Of a stretch of DNA of 64,000 nt, positions 16,739 to 26,286 are shown piece by piece. Source of the DNA: Candidatus Dojkabacteria bacterium (GTDB lineage Bacteria > Patescibacteriota > Dojkabacteria > SC72 > JAHDCA01); the NCBI GenBank assembly GCA_030583845.1, contig CP129478.1, forward strand, positions 843,686-907,685, in the 5' to 3' direction. Both the position numbers and the translations under genes were made by a program. Numbering within the stretch: the first letter of the stretch is position 1; each line of letters starts with the position of its first letter. Below the pieces are notes generated by a model. That model ran no database searches. It was not told where the DNA came from and saw nothing but the letters and a program-made list of their open reading frames with translations.

Positions 16739-18301
16739 TTGAGACATATGAGTAAAAAATTAATAGACTTTTCACAGATTAAGCAAAGATATAATGACCG
16801 CGAGCTTTATTTCGACGTAGCCGGCAAGGTTTTTAACGCGGAAAAGATAGGGCTAATCGGAATAAACGGATCAGGAAAAAGCACTTTGATGCGCATACTG
16901 ATGAGGGAAACTAAGCCTGATTCAGGCAATTTGCTTACAGATTACAGTAATTACGGCTATGTGCCACAAGAGATTGAAGGAGAGATCTTGAATCAGGGTC
17001 TATTTCAATTTTGCATGAGCCTCACCAATGTCGCCTCTCAGTATATGTTCTTACTTGATCACGAGGTTCAGAAAAAGTTCGACGAGAACTATGTCGAGGC
17101 ATTGCACCTATTCGATAGTGTTGGCGGCTACGAGGTTATGAAAAAGGTTACCCTGCTGCTTGATATTGTTGGCTTTAACGAAGGTTGGTACGAGCATTCT
17201 GTAAGCGCCTTGTCTGAAGGGCAGAAAAGGCTGCTCTATATGGTGGGAATAATGGCACAGGAGCCCGAGCTTCTTTTCTTAGACGAGCCAACAAACCATG
17301 TCGACTCGGAGCTGAAGCAGAAATACATTTCATTAATTAGTAAGTTTCCTAACTGTGTGCTGGTGATCTCTCACGACCGTGAGCTACTTAGTGCCGCATG
17401 TAGCAAAATCTGGGAATTGGAAGATAAGGTGTTGCAGGTATACAACGGCAATTGGGAATTTTATGAAGAGGAGCATACACGCCGTTTGATTAATCAGGTG
17501 ACACGATATCGCAAAGACCAGAAAGAGGTTGATCGTCTGCAGGAATTGGTCGATACCTACAAGAGGAAAGCTTCTCTGTATGATAGCCCGAAATGGAAGA
17601 AGAAAATTCGCAGCGTGCAGATCCGCATGGAAAGAATAGAGACAGAAATGCCAGGTATCAAGCCGACTCTAGAAAAGGCTCGCATCGGTGGGGAGCTAAA
17701 ATATGAAGGCAAGTACTCGCAGTTCCCATTAAAAATTAATGATCTCACCTTGATGACGAAAGAGCGGATCTTGTTCGAGCATCTGAATCTGGATGTGAGG
17801 TATGGCGAGACTGTCGCAATTACTGGAAAAAACGGAGCAGGGAAGTCTACTCTGATGAAATATGTTGTCGGCGAGTGTGACTATGTTGAAGCAGAAGGCT
17901 CTGTCACCGTAACACCAGCGTCGGTTGTTGGCTACTTTAATCAGACACTGCAGTTCGAAAATGAGAATGTATATCTCGGTGACTATATTGAGCGTGAATT
18001 TGAAGCTGGCATAAGCCGCATATATGGTCTACTTGAAAAATACCTATTCGAGCGCGAGCAGGCCAAGACTTTAATCGCAAATCTTTCTGGCGGTGAGAAA
18101 AATAGGCTGCATTTAATGAAATTTATAGAGGGGAACTATAACCTCTTGCTTTTGGATGAGCCAACAAACCACCTAGATCTGTACGCGATCGAGGCCTTGG
18201 AAAGGCTGTTGCTGCAATTTAATGGGTCGATTGTGTTGATTTCGCACGATGCTTATTTTGTGGATAATGTGGCTGATAGGAGTGTGAGGATAGGGGAATA
18301 G
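16739..18301 (+). CDS. ABC-F family ATPase (tandem ABC domains, no TMD; EttA/ARE-like)
   Basis: Two Walker A motifs (GINGSGKST, GKNGAGKST) and two ABC signatures (LSEGQKRL, LSGGEKNR) joined by a linker, with no membrane domain. Start may be the second Met (MSKKL). Confidence 0.8.
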   Translation: MRHMSKKLIDFSQIKQRYNDRELYFDVAGKVFNAEKIGLIGINGSGKSTLMRILMRETKPDSGNLLTDYSNYGYVPQEIEGEILNQGLFQFCMSLTNVASQYMFLLDHEVQKKFDENYVEALHLFDSVGGYEVMKKVTLLLDIVGFNEGWYEHSVSALSEGQKRLLYMVGIMAQEPELLFLDEPTNHVDSELKQKYISLISKFPNCVLVISHDRELLSAACSKIWELEDKVLQVYNGNWEFYEEEHTRRLINQVTRYRKDQKEVDRLQELVDTYKRKASLYDSPKWKKKIRSVQIRMERIETEMPGIKPTLEKARIGGELKYEGKYSQFPLKINDLTLMTKERILFEHLNLDVRYGETVAITGKNGAGKSTLMKYVVGECDYVEAEGSVTVTPASVVGYFNQTLQFENENVYLGDYIEREFEAGISRIYGLLEKYLFEREQAKTLIANLSGGEKNRLHLMKFIEGNYNLLLLDEPTNHLDLYAIEALERLLLQFNGSIVLISHDAYFVDNVADRSVRIGE

Positions 18302-18339
18302 TGTTGTGTATGTGCGCCGCGATTATACTCTCTATGGGG

Positions 18340-19002
18340 CTACCAATCTATAGGCTCAATATCATTAAGAATAAGGAATTTATTGGCCTGGCTGAAATGC
18401 TTGCAGCCAAAGAATCCGTTGTGAGCAGAGAATGGAGAAGGATGGGCTGCTTCAAGTACTAGATTCTCTTCTCGATCGATAAATTCACCTTTCTTCTGTG
18501 CATAGGCACCCCAGAGCATATACACAATGTTCTTGCGGCGCTCGTTAAGTGCTTTGATTGCAGCATCTGTAAATTGCTCCCAGCCCTGATTCTGGTGCGA
18601 GCCGGGCGATTTGGCGCGTACGGTAAGAGTAGCATTTAGCATTAACACGCCCTGTTTTGCCCATCTTTCGAGGTTCCCACTGGCGGGGATATCTTTGCCA
18701 AGATCCTCTTTGATCTCTTTATAGATATTTACCAATGATGGTGGTGGCTTAACTCCGTCCGGCACTGAGAAAGATAGGCCGTGCGCCTGTCCTTCGCCAT
18801 GGTATGGGTCTTGTCCAAGTACAACTACTTTTACCTGGTCAAATGGTGTGTATTCGAAGGCGTTGAAGATATTTGCGCCGGCAGGGTAAACGGTTTCGGT
18901 TTTATACTCACTCTTTACAAAGTTGGTTAGCGTTATGAAATACTCTTTGGTGAATTCTTCTTTGAGGACTTTTTCCCAGGAGGGGTGGATTTTGACTGCC
19001 AT
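18340..19002 (-). CDS. ung: uracil-DNA glycosylase, family 1
   Basis: Family-1 UNG motifs VVVLGQDPYH, GLSFS and HPSPFSA. Confidence 0.9.
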   Translation of the reverse strand: MAVKIHPSWEKVLKEEFTKEYFITLTNFVKSEYKTETVYPAGANIFNAFEYTPFDQVKVVVLGQDPYHGEGQAHGLSFSVPDGVKPPPSLVNIYKEIKEDLGKDIPASGNLERWAKQGVLMLNATLTVRAKSPGSHQNQGWEQFTDAAIKALNERRKNIVYMLWGAYAQKKGEFIDREENLVLEAAHPSPFSAHNGFFGCKHFSQANKFLILNDIEPIDW

Positions 19003-19040
19003 GGCCGATTATATCACGACCCGGCTGGGTCAGACCCTAA

Positions 19041-19068
19041 TTGCTCAGACCCGATCGGGTCTGAGCAA
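19041..19068. promoter_or_regulatory. perfect 28-bp palindrome TTGCTCAGACCCGATCGGGTCTGAGCAA (copy 2 of the GCTCAGACCCG element)
   Basis: Seen directly, in the divergent region between ung (-) and the FkbM methyltransferase (+). Shares the 11-bp arm GCTCAGACCCG with 1106-1129. Confidence 0.5.
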
Positions 19069-19096
19069 TTAACAAGAAATCGCGGTATAATCACAC

Positions 19097-19798
19097 ATGC
19101 CATCGACCAAGTTAGGAAAGTTAATAATCAGTTACATTAACTCGCGCGAGTTCCATTCGATCAAGAACGAGATTTTTAATACCCAGATATATGCGACCAA
19201 ACTTCAAAGTGAAACGCCTATCATACTAGACATTGGTGCACATATTGGGTTGGCGACTCTTTATTTTAAGCAGCAGTGGCCAGGGGGTACAGTTTTTGCT
19301 TTTGAGCCGAATCCTGTGGCATTCAAGCTGCTTGAGGAGAATATTTGGCAGAACGGTTTGCAAAATGTTGAGGCATACAATATTGCAATCGCTGGCAGCG
19401 ACGGGAAAAGAAAGCTGTATATCCCTGCAAATGATGTATCTTGGGACTCAAACTCAAGCTTTACAAATGGATCTTGGAGCAAGCAGGAGGCGCAGCAGCC
19501 AGTTGAGATTGAAGCAAGAAGACTTGCAAAGATTCTAGAGAAGCTGGATAAAGTTGATCTGCTCAAAATAGATGTGGAGGGGGCAGAGTTTGAAATTTTC
19601 AAAGATATTCAGAAAAATTTAATGAAAATTAATGAAATGATTATTGAGATACATCCCGAGTCGAGACAGAGATTTAAAGAGATGACTGCTCGACTGCTAG
19701 CAGACGATTTCACGATTGAGATTTGGCAAAACGGAAAAATTGTCCGACAGCCCGACTTTAGCAAGCTTTTCATAATGAAAGCTCGTCAAAGTGCTTAG
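19097..19798 (+). CDS. FkbM-family methyltransferase
   Basis: ILDIGAHIGLATLYF SAM-binding block and the LLKIDVEGAEFEIF motif typical of the FkbM domain. Confidence 0.7.
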   Translation: MPSTKLGKLIISYINSREFHSIKNEIFNTQIYATKLQSETPIILDIGAHIGLATLYFKQQWPGGTVFAFEPNPVAFKLLEENIWQNGLQNVEAYNIAIAGSDGKRKLYIPANDVSWDSNSSFTNGSWSKQEAQQPVEIEARRLAKILEKLDKVDLLKIDVEGAEFEIFKDIQKNLMKINEMIIEIHPESRQRFKEMTARLLADDFTIEIWQNGKIVRQPDFSKLFIMKARQSA

Positions 19799-20583
19799 AG
19801 CTGGGTAATAAGCAGGTAGCCAATTAGCAATGCTCCGAGTGCAATTCTGTACCAACCGAAAAATGTGAGGAACTTCTTCTTGCTGACATATTTTAGTAGC
19901 AGTACAGCAAGGAGACTGACTACAAAGGCTAAAGCCACAGTTACAAATCCATTCATATTCAAAAAAGGCTTGAAGTCCTCAAAATCAGTAGCTACTGTAA
20001 AAAAGAAAGACCCTGCGATTATCGGAATTCCGACAATAAAAGCATATTCGAGGGCAATATCCTTGCGCATACCTCGCCATACCCCTGCAAGCGTCATTAC
20101 CCCAGAACGAGAAGTTCCAGGCAACAAAGCCAAAGTCTGGAATAAGCCTATAACCAGCGCATCAATCGCTCGCAATTCTGAAATATCATTAAACTTCTGT
20201 ACTGGTCTTCGATCGTGCAGTCGCTCAGTTACAATCAGAGCTACGCCCCACAAGATAAGCATCGCTGCTACAAAAGGTAAATTGTAGAAATACTCATCCA
20301 AGATCTCACCGATTAGAATTCCTAGCATGACAGCAGGGATACAGCTGATCACTATATTTAGCAGCACCCTCCATCTGAAGCTATTTTTAATGATTTTCAT
20401 TAACTCAGGCCAGTAGCCAACGACAATTCCGCCAAGCGTAGCGATATGCAGCAGCGTTAATAAGGCGACAGTTGCCTCGACTTTCAAGATCTCGCTAAAA
20501 ATTATCAAATGTCCGGAGCTAGAGATTGGCAGCAATTCTGATACTCCTTGGACTACAGCCAAGATATACAGGTTAATATCCAT
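19795..20583 (-). CDS. uppP: undecaprenyl-diphosphatase (BacA/UppP)
   Basis: GVSELLPISSSGHL and other UppP motifs with ~8 TM helices. Confidence 0.85.
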   Translation of the reverse strand: MDINLYILAVVQGVSELLPISSSGHLIIFSEILKVEATVALLTLLHIATLGGIVVGYWPELMKIIKNSFRWRVLLNIVISCIPAVMLGILIGEILDEYFYNLPFVAAMLILWGVALIVTERLHDRRPVQKFNDISELRAIDALVIGLFQTLALLPGTSRSGVMTLAGVWRGMRKDIALEYAFIVGIPIIAGSFFFTVATDFEDFKPFLNMNGFVTVALAFVVSLLAVLLLKYVSKKKFLTFFGWYRIALGALLIGYLLITQL

Positions 20584-20584
20584 T

Positions 20585-21517
20585 TCACATTGACTTAATC
20601 TTATCTATAACAGTTCTAGACCAATCTGCATCCTTGTTCAATAGGATGCGAGCTCGCAGTATGCCTAAGATCATTAAGCGTGTAAGCCAGAGGTCCATTT
20701 TCTGCCCTGTGGCGCTAAAATATGTAATTAATGAAATATAAGTTTGCTCTGCTCGCCATCTTCTTACATCCTCTTTCTCTTCAGAAGACTTGCCACGACT
20801 GTGGTGGGCAATTGCATTTGGATCATAATAGATCTCCCAACCCTTTTTTCTCAGCCTCCAGCAAAATTCTACATCCTCAAAATACATAAAGAATCTTTCA
20901 TTAAAGAAGCCTGCATCGTCAATCGCAACCCTCCGTATAAGCATACAGGCACCAGATATAGCTTGGGCTCGGCTCCAACTGGTAGGATCATAATTTAATG
21001 AAATTCGCTCGCTTCCAGTTAACCCATGAATCATGAATTTCATGAATAAAAGGTGAAATTTCGGCGGAGTAATTACTGAGTCCTCAATATTATTCTCGTC
21101 GTCAAGCAGCTTTGGGCCAACTGCGGCGATCTTCTCGCCATTATCCAGGCTCTTTTTCATTAACTCGATTGACTGGCTATCGATCCGCATGTCGGGATTA
21201 ACTAGCAATATATAATCAGGCGCATACTCAGTGACTGCTTGAGCACATAGTCGGTTCATACCTTTGGCAAAACCGAGATTCACCTCATTCATCGAAAATG
21301 CAACCCATGGGTACTCGTTCGTAACCATTGCAGAAATTACATTTGAGCTAGAGTTATCACCAAGGAAAACCTTGTATTCCTCTCGCCCTTCAGTCCAACG
21401 CAGGCTCTCGAGACATGCCTTCAGATTCTCAGTCGCGTTGTAGGACACAATTAGTATCGCCGTCTTGCCTGGCATTTCGATATCTTGGATCAAAAATAAT
21501 ATCCTAATCTGTTTCAA
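20585..21517 (-). CDS. glycosyltransferase family 2
   Basis: AILIVSYN, DNSS (DxD region) and downstream GT2 blocks. Likely start at MPGKTAIL. Confidence 0.7.
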   Translation of the reverse strand: MKQIRILFLIQDIEMPGKTAILIVSYNATENLKACLESLRWTEGREEYKVFLGDNSSSNVISAMVTNEYPWVAFSMNEVNLGFAKGMNRLCAQAVTEYAPDYILLVNPDMRIDSQSIELMKKSLDNGEKIAAVGPKLLDDENNIEDSVITPPKFHLLFMKFMIHGLTGSERISLNYDPTSWSRAQAISGACMLIRRVAIDDAGFFNERFFMYFEDVEFCWRLRKKGWEIYYDPNAIAHHSRGKSSEEKEDVRRWRAEQTYISLITYFSATGQKMDLWLTRLMILGILRARILLNKDADWSRTVIDKIKSM

Positions 21518-21519
21518 AC

Positions 21520-22290
21520 ATGCTAGAATTGTTCACCATGACCCGAGAAAATCTGTCAATCAAAACATTCCGCATAGATTCCCTAATTCTTATATTATTC
21601 GCATCTGCTGTCAATCTGCTGGCTTTTCCAGCGCCGACCCAAGCTTCTGGCTCTGCCACATTTTCGATTACACCTAGCAACGGATATGTTGTAGAAGGGC
21701 AACAATTCAGCATTGATGTGCTAATTGATACAGCAGGTACCGAGGTGGTACAGGCGCGAGCGGTCATCACCTTTGATCCGACTCGCGTGAGGCTGACAAA
21801 TGCCGGCCGAAATAACTCACTTTTCGCTCAATATCCTACCGATGGACAGACAACTGACAATACAAATGGTGTTGTAATGGTGACAGGATTTTCACAAGCG
21901 GGAGTTGATGATTTATATGCAACGGACGGGGCACCCGATGTGTTTGTTCGGCTGACATTTGAGGCTTTGAGAGAGGGGAGCGTCACATTCGATTGGGAAT
22001 ATAATGGATCTGACCAGCCTTTTAAATCTGTAATTATGAGCCATGGCAGTCCACCGCAAAATATCTTGAACAGTAAGCCTGCCGCAGTGACGTTTACGAT
22101 TCAAGACTCTGGAGTTGTGCCTGAAGAGCCTGAAGTGCCTGATACAGCAGTGCGAGATTATCTCCCGCTCTATATTGGAGGCTTAACACTGGTTGGTGCT
22201 ATGCTGATTTTCTTTGGCGGTAGCATGGTAGTGAAGGCCTCCGAGAATGTAAGTTCAACCAAGAAGAGGACTGTAGTTGATTATGACTAA
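21520..22290 (+). CDS. secreted cohesin-like/beta-sandwich domain protein with C-terminal TM anchor
   Basis: Signal peptide, a beta-rich domain (GYVVEGQQFSIDVLIDTAG...FDPTRVRL) and a C-terminal hydrophobic helix. Confidence 0.35.
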   Translation: MLELFTMTRENLSIKTFRIDSLILILFASAVNLLAFPAPTQASGSATFSITPSNGYVVEGQQFSIDVLIDTAGTEVVQARAVITFDPTRVRLTNAGRNNSLFAQYPTDGQTTDNTNGVVMVTGFSQAGVDDLYATDGAPDVFVRLTFEALREGSVTFDWEYNGSDQPFKSVIMSHGSPPQNILNSKPAAVTFTIQDSGVVPEEPEVPDTAVRDYLPLYIGGLTLVGAMLIFFGGSMVVKASENVSSTKKRTVVDYD

Positions 22291-23383
22291 AAAGGGCAAG
22301 GATAAGCGGTCTGCCCTAAGAGTTGCAATCGTTCACAACTGGTTTTTCAAGATGCGTGGTGGGGAGCGGGTTGTAAAGTCGCTTTGTGAGATTTTCCCGG
22401 ATGCTGATCTGTATGCACTTTTTGGAGATAAGCGATTTCTTGCCGAAAATTTTCAAGGAAAGAGCGTGAAATTTACTTGGCTTCAGCGATTGCCCTTTAT
22501 TAAGAGGATCTACAAAGTGACACTTCCGTTTTGGCCGATGGCAATTGAGTCATTAAAATTTCATGAGTATGACTTGGTAATTTCTACGAGTGCATCTGTA
22601 GCTCATGGTGTGATTACTCCGTTGGGCACGACACATGTTTCGTATATTTTTACGCCGATGCGATATTTGTGGGATCAGAAGGATCTTTACATGTCTAAAT
22701 ATTCTAGAGTCAGAAAGTTTTTTGTCTCTCCGATTTTGCACTATTTGCGTGTGTGGGATGTTGGGGCTTTTAATAGGCCGGACTATCTTATAGCGGTTTC
22801 AGGATTTGTTAATAAAAGGCTGCTAAAATTTTATGGTAGGGGGGCTGATTTTGTATTAAATCCGCCCGTCGACATTTCCAACTGCAAATCGTCCAAGAAG
22901 CGCTCTAACTACTATTTGGCGCTATCACCATTTGAGGAAAATAAGGGAGCGGAAGCTGCAATCGAGCTTGCTATAGCCAATAAAGCAACATTAAAACTCA
23001 CAGGCGACGGCAGGACAAAGAAAAGACTCCAAAAGAAGTACTCAAAGCATAAAAACATACAGTTTCTCGGTTGGGTGAGCGAGAAAGAGAAATATAAGCT
23101 ACTCAGCAAGGCAAAGGGGCTCTTTTTCTTGGGCGAAGAAGATTTCGGGATCGCAGCCATCGAGGCCATAGCAAGCGGCTGCCCAGTTATTGCTTATAAC
23201 AATGGCGCAGTAGCTGAGATACGCAAAAAGCTTGGGGGAATATACATTATTAAACAAGGGAGCTCCAAGATACCGAAAACGGATCCGCTCAAAATTGAAA
23301 AGAAGAAACTAATGCACTTCTCGGACCAGGAATTCAAGAAGGAATTCAGAAAGATTGTAAAAACAGCAACGGCTTCTGTATAA
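22277..23383 (+). CDS. glycosyltransferase family 4 (GT-B, group 1)
   Basis: C-terminal GT4 motif FFLGEEDFGIAAIEAIASGCPVIA (E-x7-E). Confidence 0.7.
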   Translation: MIMTKKGKDKRSALRVAIVHNWFFKMRGGERVVKSLCEIFPDADLYALFGDKRFLAENFQGKSVKFTWLQRLPFIKRIYKVTLPFWPMAIESLKFHEYDLVISTSASVAHGVITPLGTTHVSYIFTPMRYLWDQKDLYMSKYSRVRKFFVSPILHYLRVWDVGAFNRPDYLIAVSGFVNKRLLKFYGRGADFVLNPPVDISNCKSSKKRSNYYLALSPFEENKGAEAAIELAIANKATLKLTGDGRTKKRLQKKYSKHKNIQFLGWVSEKEKYKLLSKAKGLFFLGEEDFGIAAIEAIASGCPVIAYNNGAVAEIRKKLGGIYIIKQGSSKIPKTDPLKIEKKKLMHFSDQEFKKEFRKIVKTATASV

Positions 23384-23412
23384 TTCAAACAGGATAATAT
23401 CGACTATTCATC

Positions 23413-24402
23413 ATGAACAACACCCCGCAAGAGATCTGGGATAGGATTTCTAAAGCGAATAAGATTCTCCAGGTTCACGATAAGCGGTTTGACTTTGATG
23501 CACTCTGTTCTGCACTGTTAATGAAAAGTGTGATCGAGAGGAAGCTCGGAAAGTCAGTAGACATCATCTATACAGGCGAGCTAGCTTATAATGCTAAAGA
23601 TATAGTTGATGTATCTCCAGTTAAGGAGAATACAGATATTAGTTCCGTTGATCTTGGCAAGTATGACCTTGTTATAGTTACCGATTGCGGTGAGGAAGGG
23701 CATATGTCTTCGGAAATTGGTTTTGAGTTAACCTCTGATATTGATCTGATAAATATTGACCACCATAGTGGCAATTCGTTTTATGGCATCCTGAACTATG
23801 TAAAACAGTATGGTTCGGCCTGCACCGTTTTGGTGGAGTTGTTTATGCATTTGGATATTGAGCTCACAGAGCCGGAAAAAACACTTGTTGCTACAGGGAT
23901 TGTAACAGACACATCATTCATGAGTTTTGACACGACTACAGCTGAGGATTTGCGATATCTGGCCGACTTGCTAGAGAATGGCCTTGATTACAAGGGAATC
24001 ATCCAGAAACTGAAGATTGGCAGAAGTTGGGATGATTTGATGCTTAACAAAATAGTTTTATCGCATCTCGTGCTCGATGAAGGTGGTGAATATGCTTACT
24101 CCTACTTTACGCTGGAAGAGTTGGCGAACGAGAAGATAGACCTTGGTAAGGTCATCGTCAGACATGTCGACAATTTTAAGTCACTAAGCGGTGTTAAGTT
24201 TGTATTTTGCGTCGCGGAAGAAGGTGAAGGCAAATTTGCTGTTAGCTTTAGAGCATCAGACCTAAAGTTTAGCGTATTGGAGCTTGGACAGGCTTTTGGT
24301 GGTGGTGGAAGAGAGGCAGCCGCGGCAGGCGTAATTCAAGCCAAGGATATTACTGAAGCTATAGAGCTTGTCAGGAGTAAGTTAAGAGAGTTGAATGTAT
24401 AA
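23413..24402 (+). CDS. DHH/DHHA1 phosphoesterase (NrnA-like nanoRNase / pAp phosphatase)
   Basis: DHH motif (NIDHHSGN), a DxD block and a glycine-rich DHHA1 motif (GGGGREAAAAG). Confidence 0.7.
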   Translation: MNNTPQEIWDRISKANKILQVHDKRFDFDALCSALLMKSVIERKLGKSVDIIYTGELAYNAKDIVDVSPVKENTDISSVDLGKYDLVIVTDCGEEGHMSSEIGFELTSDIDLINIDHHSGNSFYGILNYVKQYGSACTVLVELFMHLDIELTEPEKTLVATGIVTDTSFMSFDTTTAEDLRYLADLLENGLDYKGIIQKLKIGRSWDDLMLNKIVLSHLVLDEGGEYAYSYFTLEELANEKIDLGKVIVRHVDNFKSLSGVKFVFCVAEEGEGKFAVSFRASDLKFSVLELGQAFGGGGREAAAAGVIQAKDITEAIELVRSKLRELNV

Positions 24403-24404
24403 CA

Positions 24405-25055
24405 GTGGAAAAAATCCCAAACACAAAATTTATCCTCTTTGATTTCGACGGAACCATCAATGACTCGTTTAAATATGCCCATCTCACAGCCAACAAAATC
24501 CTGGAATCCCTCCACAAGCCCCCACTCACAGACGAACAGTTTGAACAGTTTCGCGACAAGGATCTGCAGCAATCAATCAGGGATCTGAAGATCCCATTTT
24601 ACAAAATCCCAGGCATATTGCGTCAGGTTCAGAAGGCTTTTCATGAGAACCTTGATAAGATCGATGTCGTTGAGGGGCTTGGCGAGTTGCTACAGAGGAT
24701 GAGTGCCGCTGGATATCGCATGGGTGTCCTTACCTCGAACTCAGAGGCAAATGTGAATAACCTGCTTGAGCGCGAGGGCATTCTTGACCTCTTTGAATAT
24801 ATCCGTAGTGAGAAAGCACTATTTGGTAAGGCGGTTTCGATGGCTCGATTCTACAAAATCTACAAGCTTCACCCTGAAGATGTGATCTATGTCGGTGACG
24901 AGACCCGTGATGCACGCGCAGCTAAAGAGGCTGGGCTTCGAATCATCTCGGTAGCGTGGGGGATAAACACGCTCCGGGCATTGCAAGCCGTTGATCCAGA
25001 CTACCTTGTTGAGAACATTCAGCAGTTCGAAGGGCTTTTTGACCTTGCTGATTAA
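24405..25055 (+). CDS. HAD-superfamily hydrolase (phosphatase)
   Basis: Motif I FDFDGTI, motif II LTSN and motif IV GDETRD. Confidence 0.7.
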   Translation: MEKIPNTKFILFDFDGTINDSFKYAHLTANKILESLHKPPLTDEQFEQFRDKDLQQSIRDLKIPFYKIPGILRQVQKAFHENLDKIDVVEGLGELLQRMSAAGYRMGVLTSNSEANVNNLLEREGILDLFEYIRSEKALFGKAVSMARFYKIYKLHPEDVIYVGDETRDARAAKEAGLRIISVAWGINTLRALQAVDPDYLVENIQQFEGLFDLAD

Positions 25056-25100
25056 GCACTCTTTTGATATCATTGCATTGTTACAAAGGTTCTTTGTATT

Positions 25101-25176
25101 GCCGAGATAGCTCAGTTGGTAGAGCACTTGCCTGAAGAGCAAGCTGTCCCCAGTTCAAGTCTGGGTCTCGGCACCA
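25101..25176 (+). tRNA. tRNA-Phe (GAA), CCA encoded
   Basis: Cloverleaf GCCGAGA/TCTCGGC acceptor, anticodon loop CTGAAGA and T-loop TTCAAGT. Confidence 0.9.
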
Positions 25177-25208
25177 TTCGTAGCTTTAGCGAAGAATGGT
25201 GCAAAATT

Positions 25209-25285
25209 GCGAGGGTAGTTCAGTTGGCTAGAACGGCACATTGCCAATGTGCAGGTCGCGGGTTCGAACCCCGTCCCTCGCTCCA
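25209..25285 (+). tRNA. tRNA-Gly (GCC), CCA encoded
   Basis: Acceptor GCGAGGG/CCCTCGC, anticodon loop TTGCCAA, T-loop TTCGAAC and discriminator U. Confidence 0.9.
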
Positions 25286-25286
25286 T

Positions 25287-25327
25287 GCCGCCAACTCATA
25301 GTGCGTATCGCACTATGAGTTGGCGGC
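25287..25327. terminator. perfect 19-bp stem hairpin (GCCGCCAACTCATAGTGCG-TAT-CGCACTATGAGTTGGCGGC) immediately after the tRNA-Gly gene
   Basis: Seen directly. No U-tract follows, so it may be a processing or termination structure for the tRNA pair. Confidence 0.45.
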
Positions 25328-25613
25328 ATGGAGTTGGTAGCGTGAGAACCCATGGCGCAGCCAGGGTGCGCCCTGTGGATTAAGCGAAGTCAAGTCACGA
25401 AGTGACGACGACTGAGTGCAATCACAGCTTCGCAGCAATTCTACAGAGCGCAGCGAAGTAGAATCAGCGAGTACACCCCGTCCCTCCAAGACGAGCATAG
25501 CGAGTCTTATGCACGCTCCCTCGTTCAGTAACTTTTCAAGCTTGCCGATAAGAAAATTGTCATAACTATATAAGAACAGAGTTTCTCAAAGATAAGATAC
25601 AATATTTTGCAAT

Positions 25614-26192
25614 TTGTTTATGAAAAAGAAGAGCTTCGCAGACTTTGTATATGAAATGGGGGCACTACGCCAGATACGTAGAACACCATTCCTAAATATA
25701 TTTGATAATACTGACTCGGTTGCTGACCATACATTCAGGACTATGCTTATAGCCTATTACCTCGCCGGAGAAGAGGGGTTGGATATCGAGAAGGTCTTAA
25801 CATACGCACTATTTCACGACACGACGGAGGTTCGCTGTGGTGACAACTTTAATATCCAGAAGAAATATATTAAGCGCGAGGAAAAATCCGCTGTTGAAGA
25901 CATTGCAGAAGGGTTGGGAGAATTTGGGGAGAGACTAAAAGCGATTCTTGAAAAGTATGAAGATCGCCAAGAGCCGGAGACGAAATTGGTAAAGGATGCA
26001 GATATAATCGAGCTGTATACCACGTTGCTTGAGAACTCGTACAACGGTAGCAAGTACAGTGCCAAGTATATCGAAAAAGTCGCCCCATTTGATGAGATGC
26101 TGCATTTTAAAAGCTCTGTCGCACTTCTAAAGAATCTCTTTGAGACGGACCCTGACAATTTTGTCGATCAGATAAAAGCACAAAGGGTTTAG
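25614..26192 (+). CDS. HD-domain phosphohydrolase (YfbR-like 5'-deoxynucleotidase family)
   Basis: H...HD metal-binding pattern (ADHTFRT...LFHDTTEVRCGD). Confidence 0.6.
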   Translation: MFMKKKSFADFVYEMGALRQIRRTPFLNIFDNTDSVADHTFRTMLIAYYLAGEEGLDIEKVLTYALFHDTTEVRCGDNFNIQKKYIKREEKSAVEDIAEGLGEFGERLKAILEKYEDRQEPETKLVKDADIIELYTTLLENSYNGSKYSAKYIEKVAPFDEMLHFKSSVALLKNLFETDPDNFVDQIKAQRV

Positions 26193-26286
26193 TTAAGGGA
26201 AGAATAAAATCTAGACATATTATTGCTTACAGTCTTGCACTTACCGTGGCAAGTGTAAAATTGTTTATTCTAGGCACAGACACATT

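Noticed and set aside
25116-25498. Two 61-aa ORFs (25116-25301 + and 25313-25498 -) both ending ...HAANS
   Set aside because: They overlap tRNA-Phe/tRNA-Gly and are mirror images generated by the 19-bp palindrome. Not coding.
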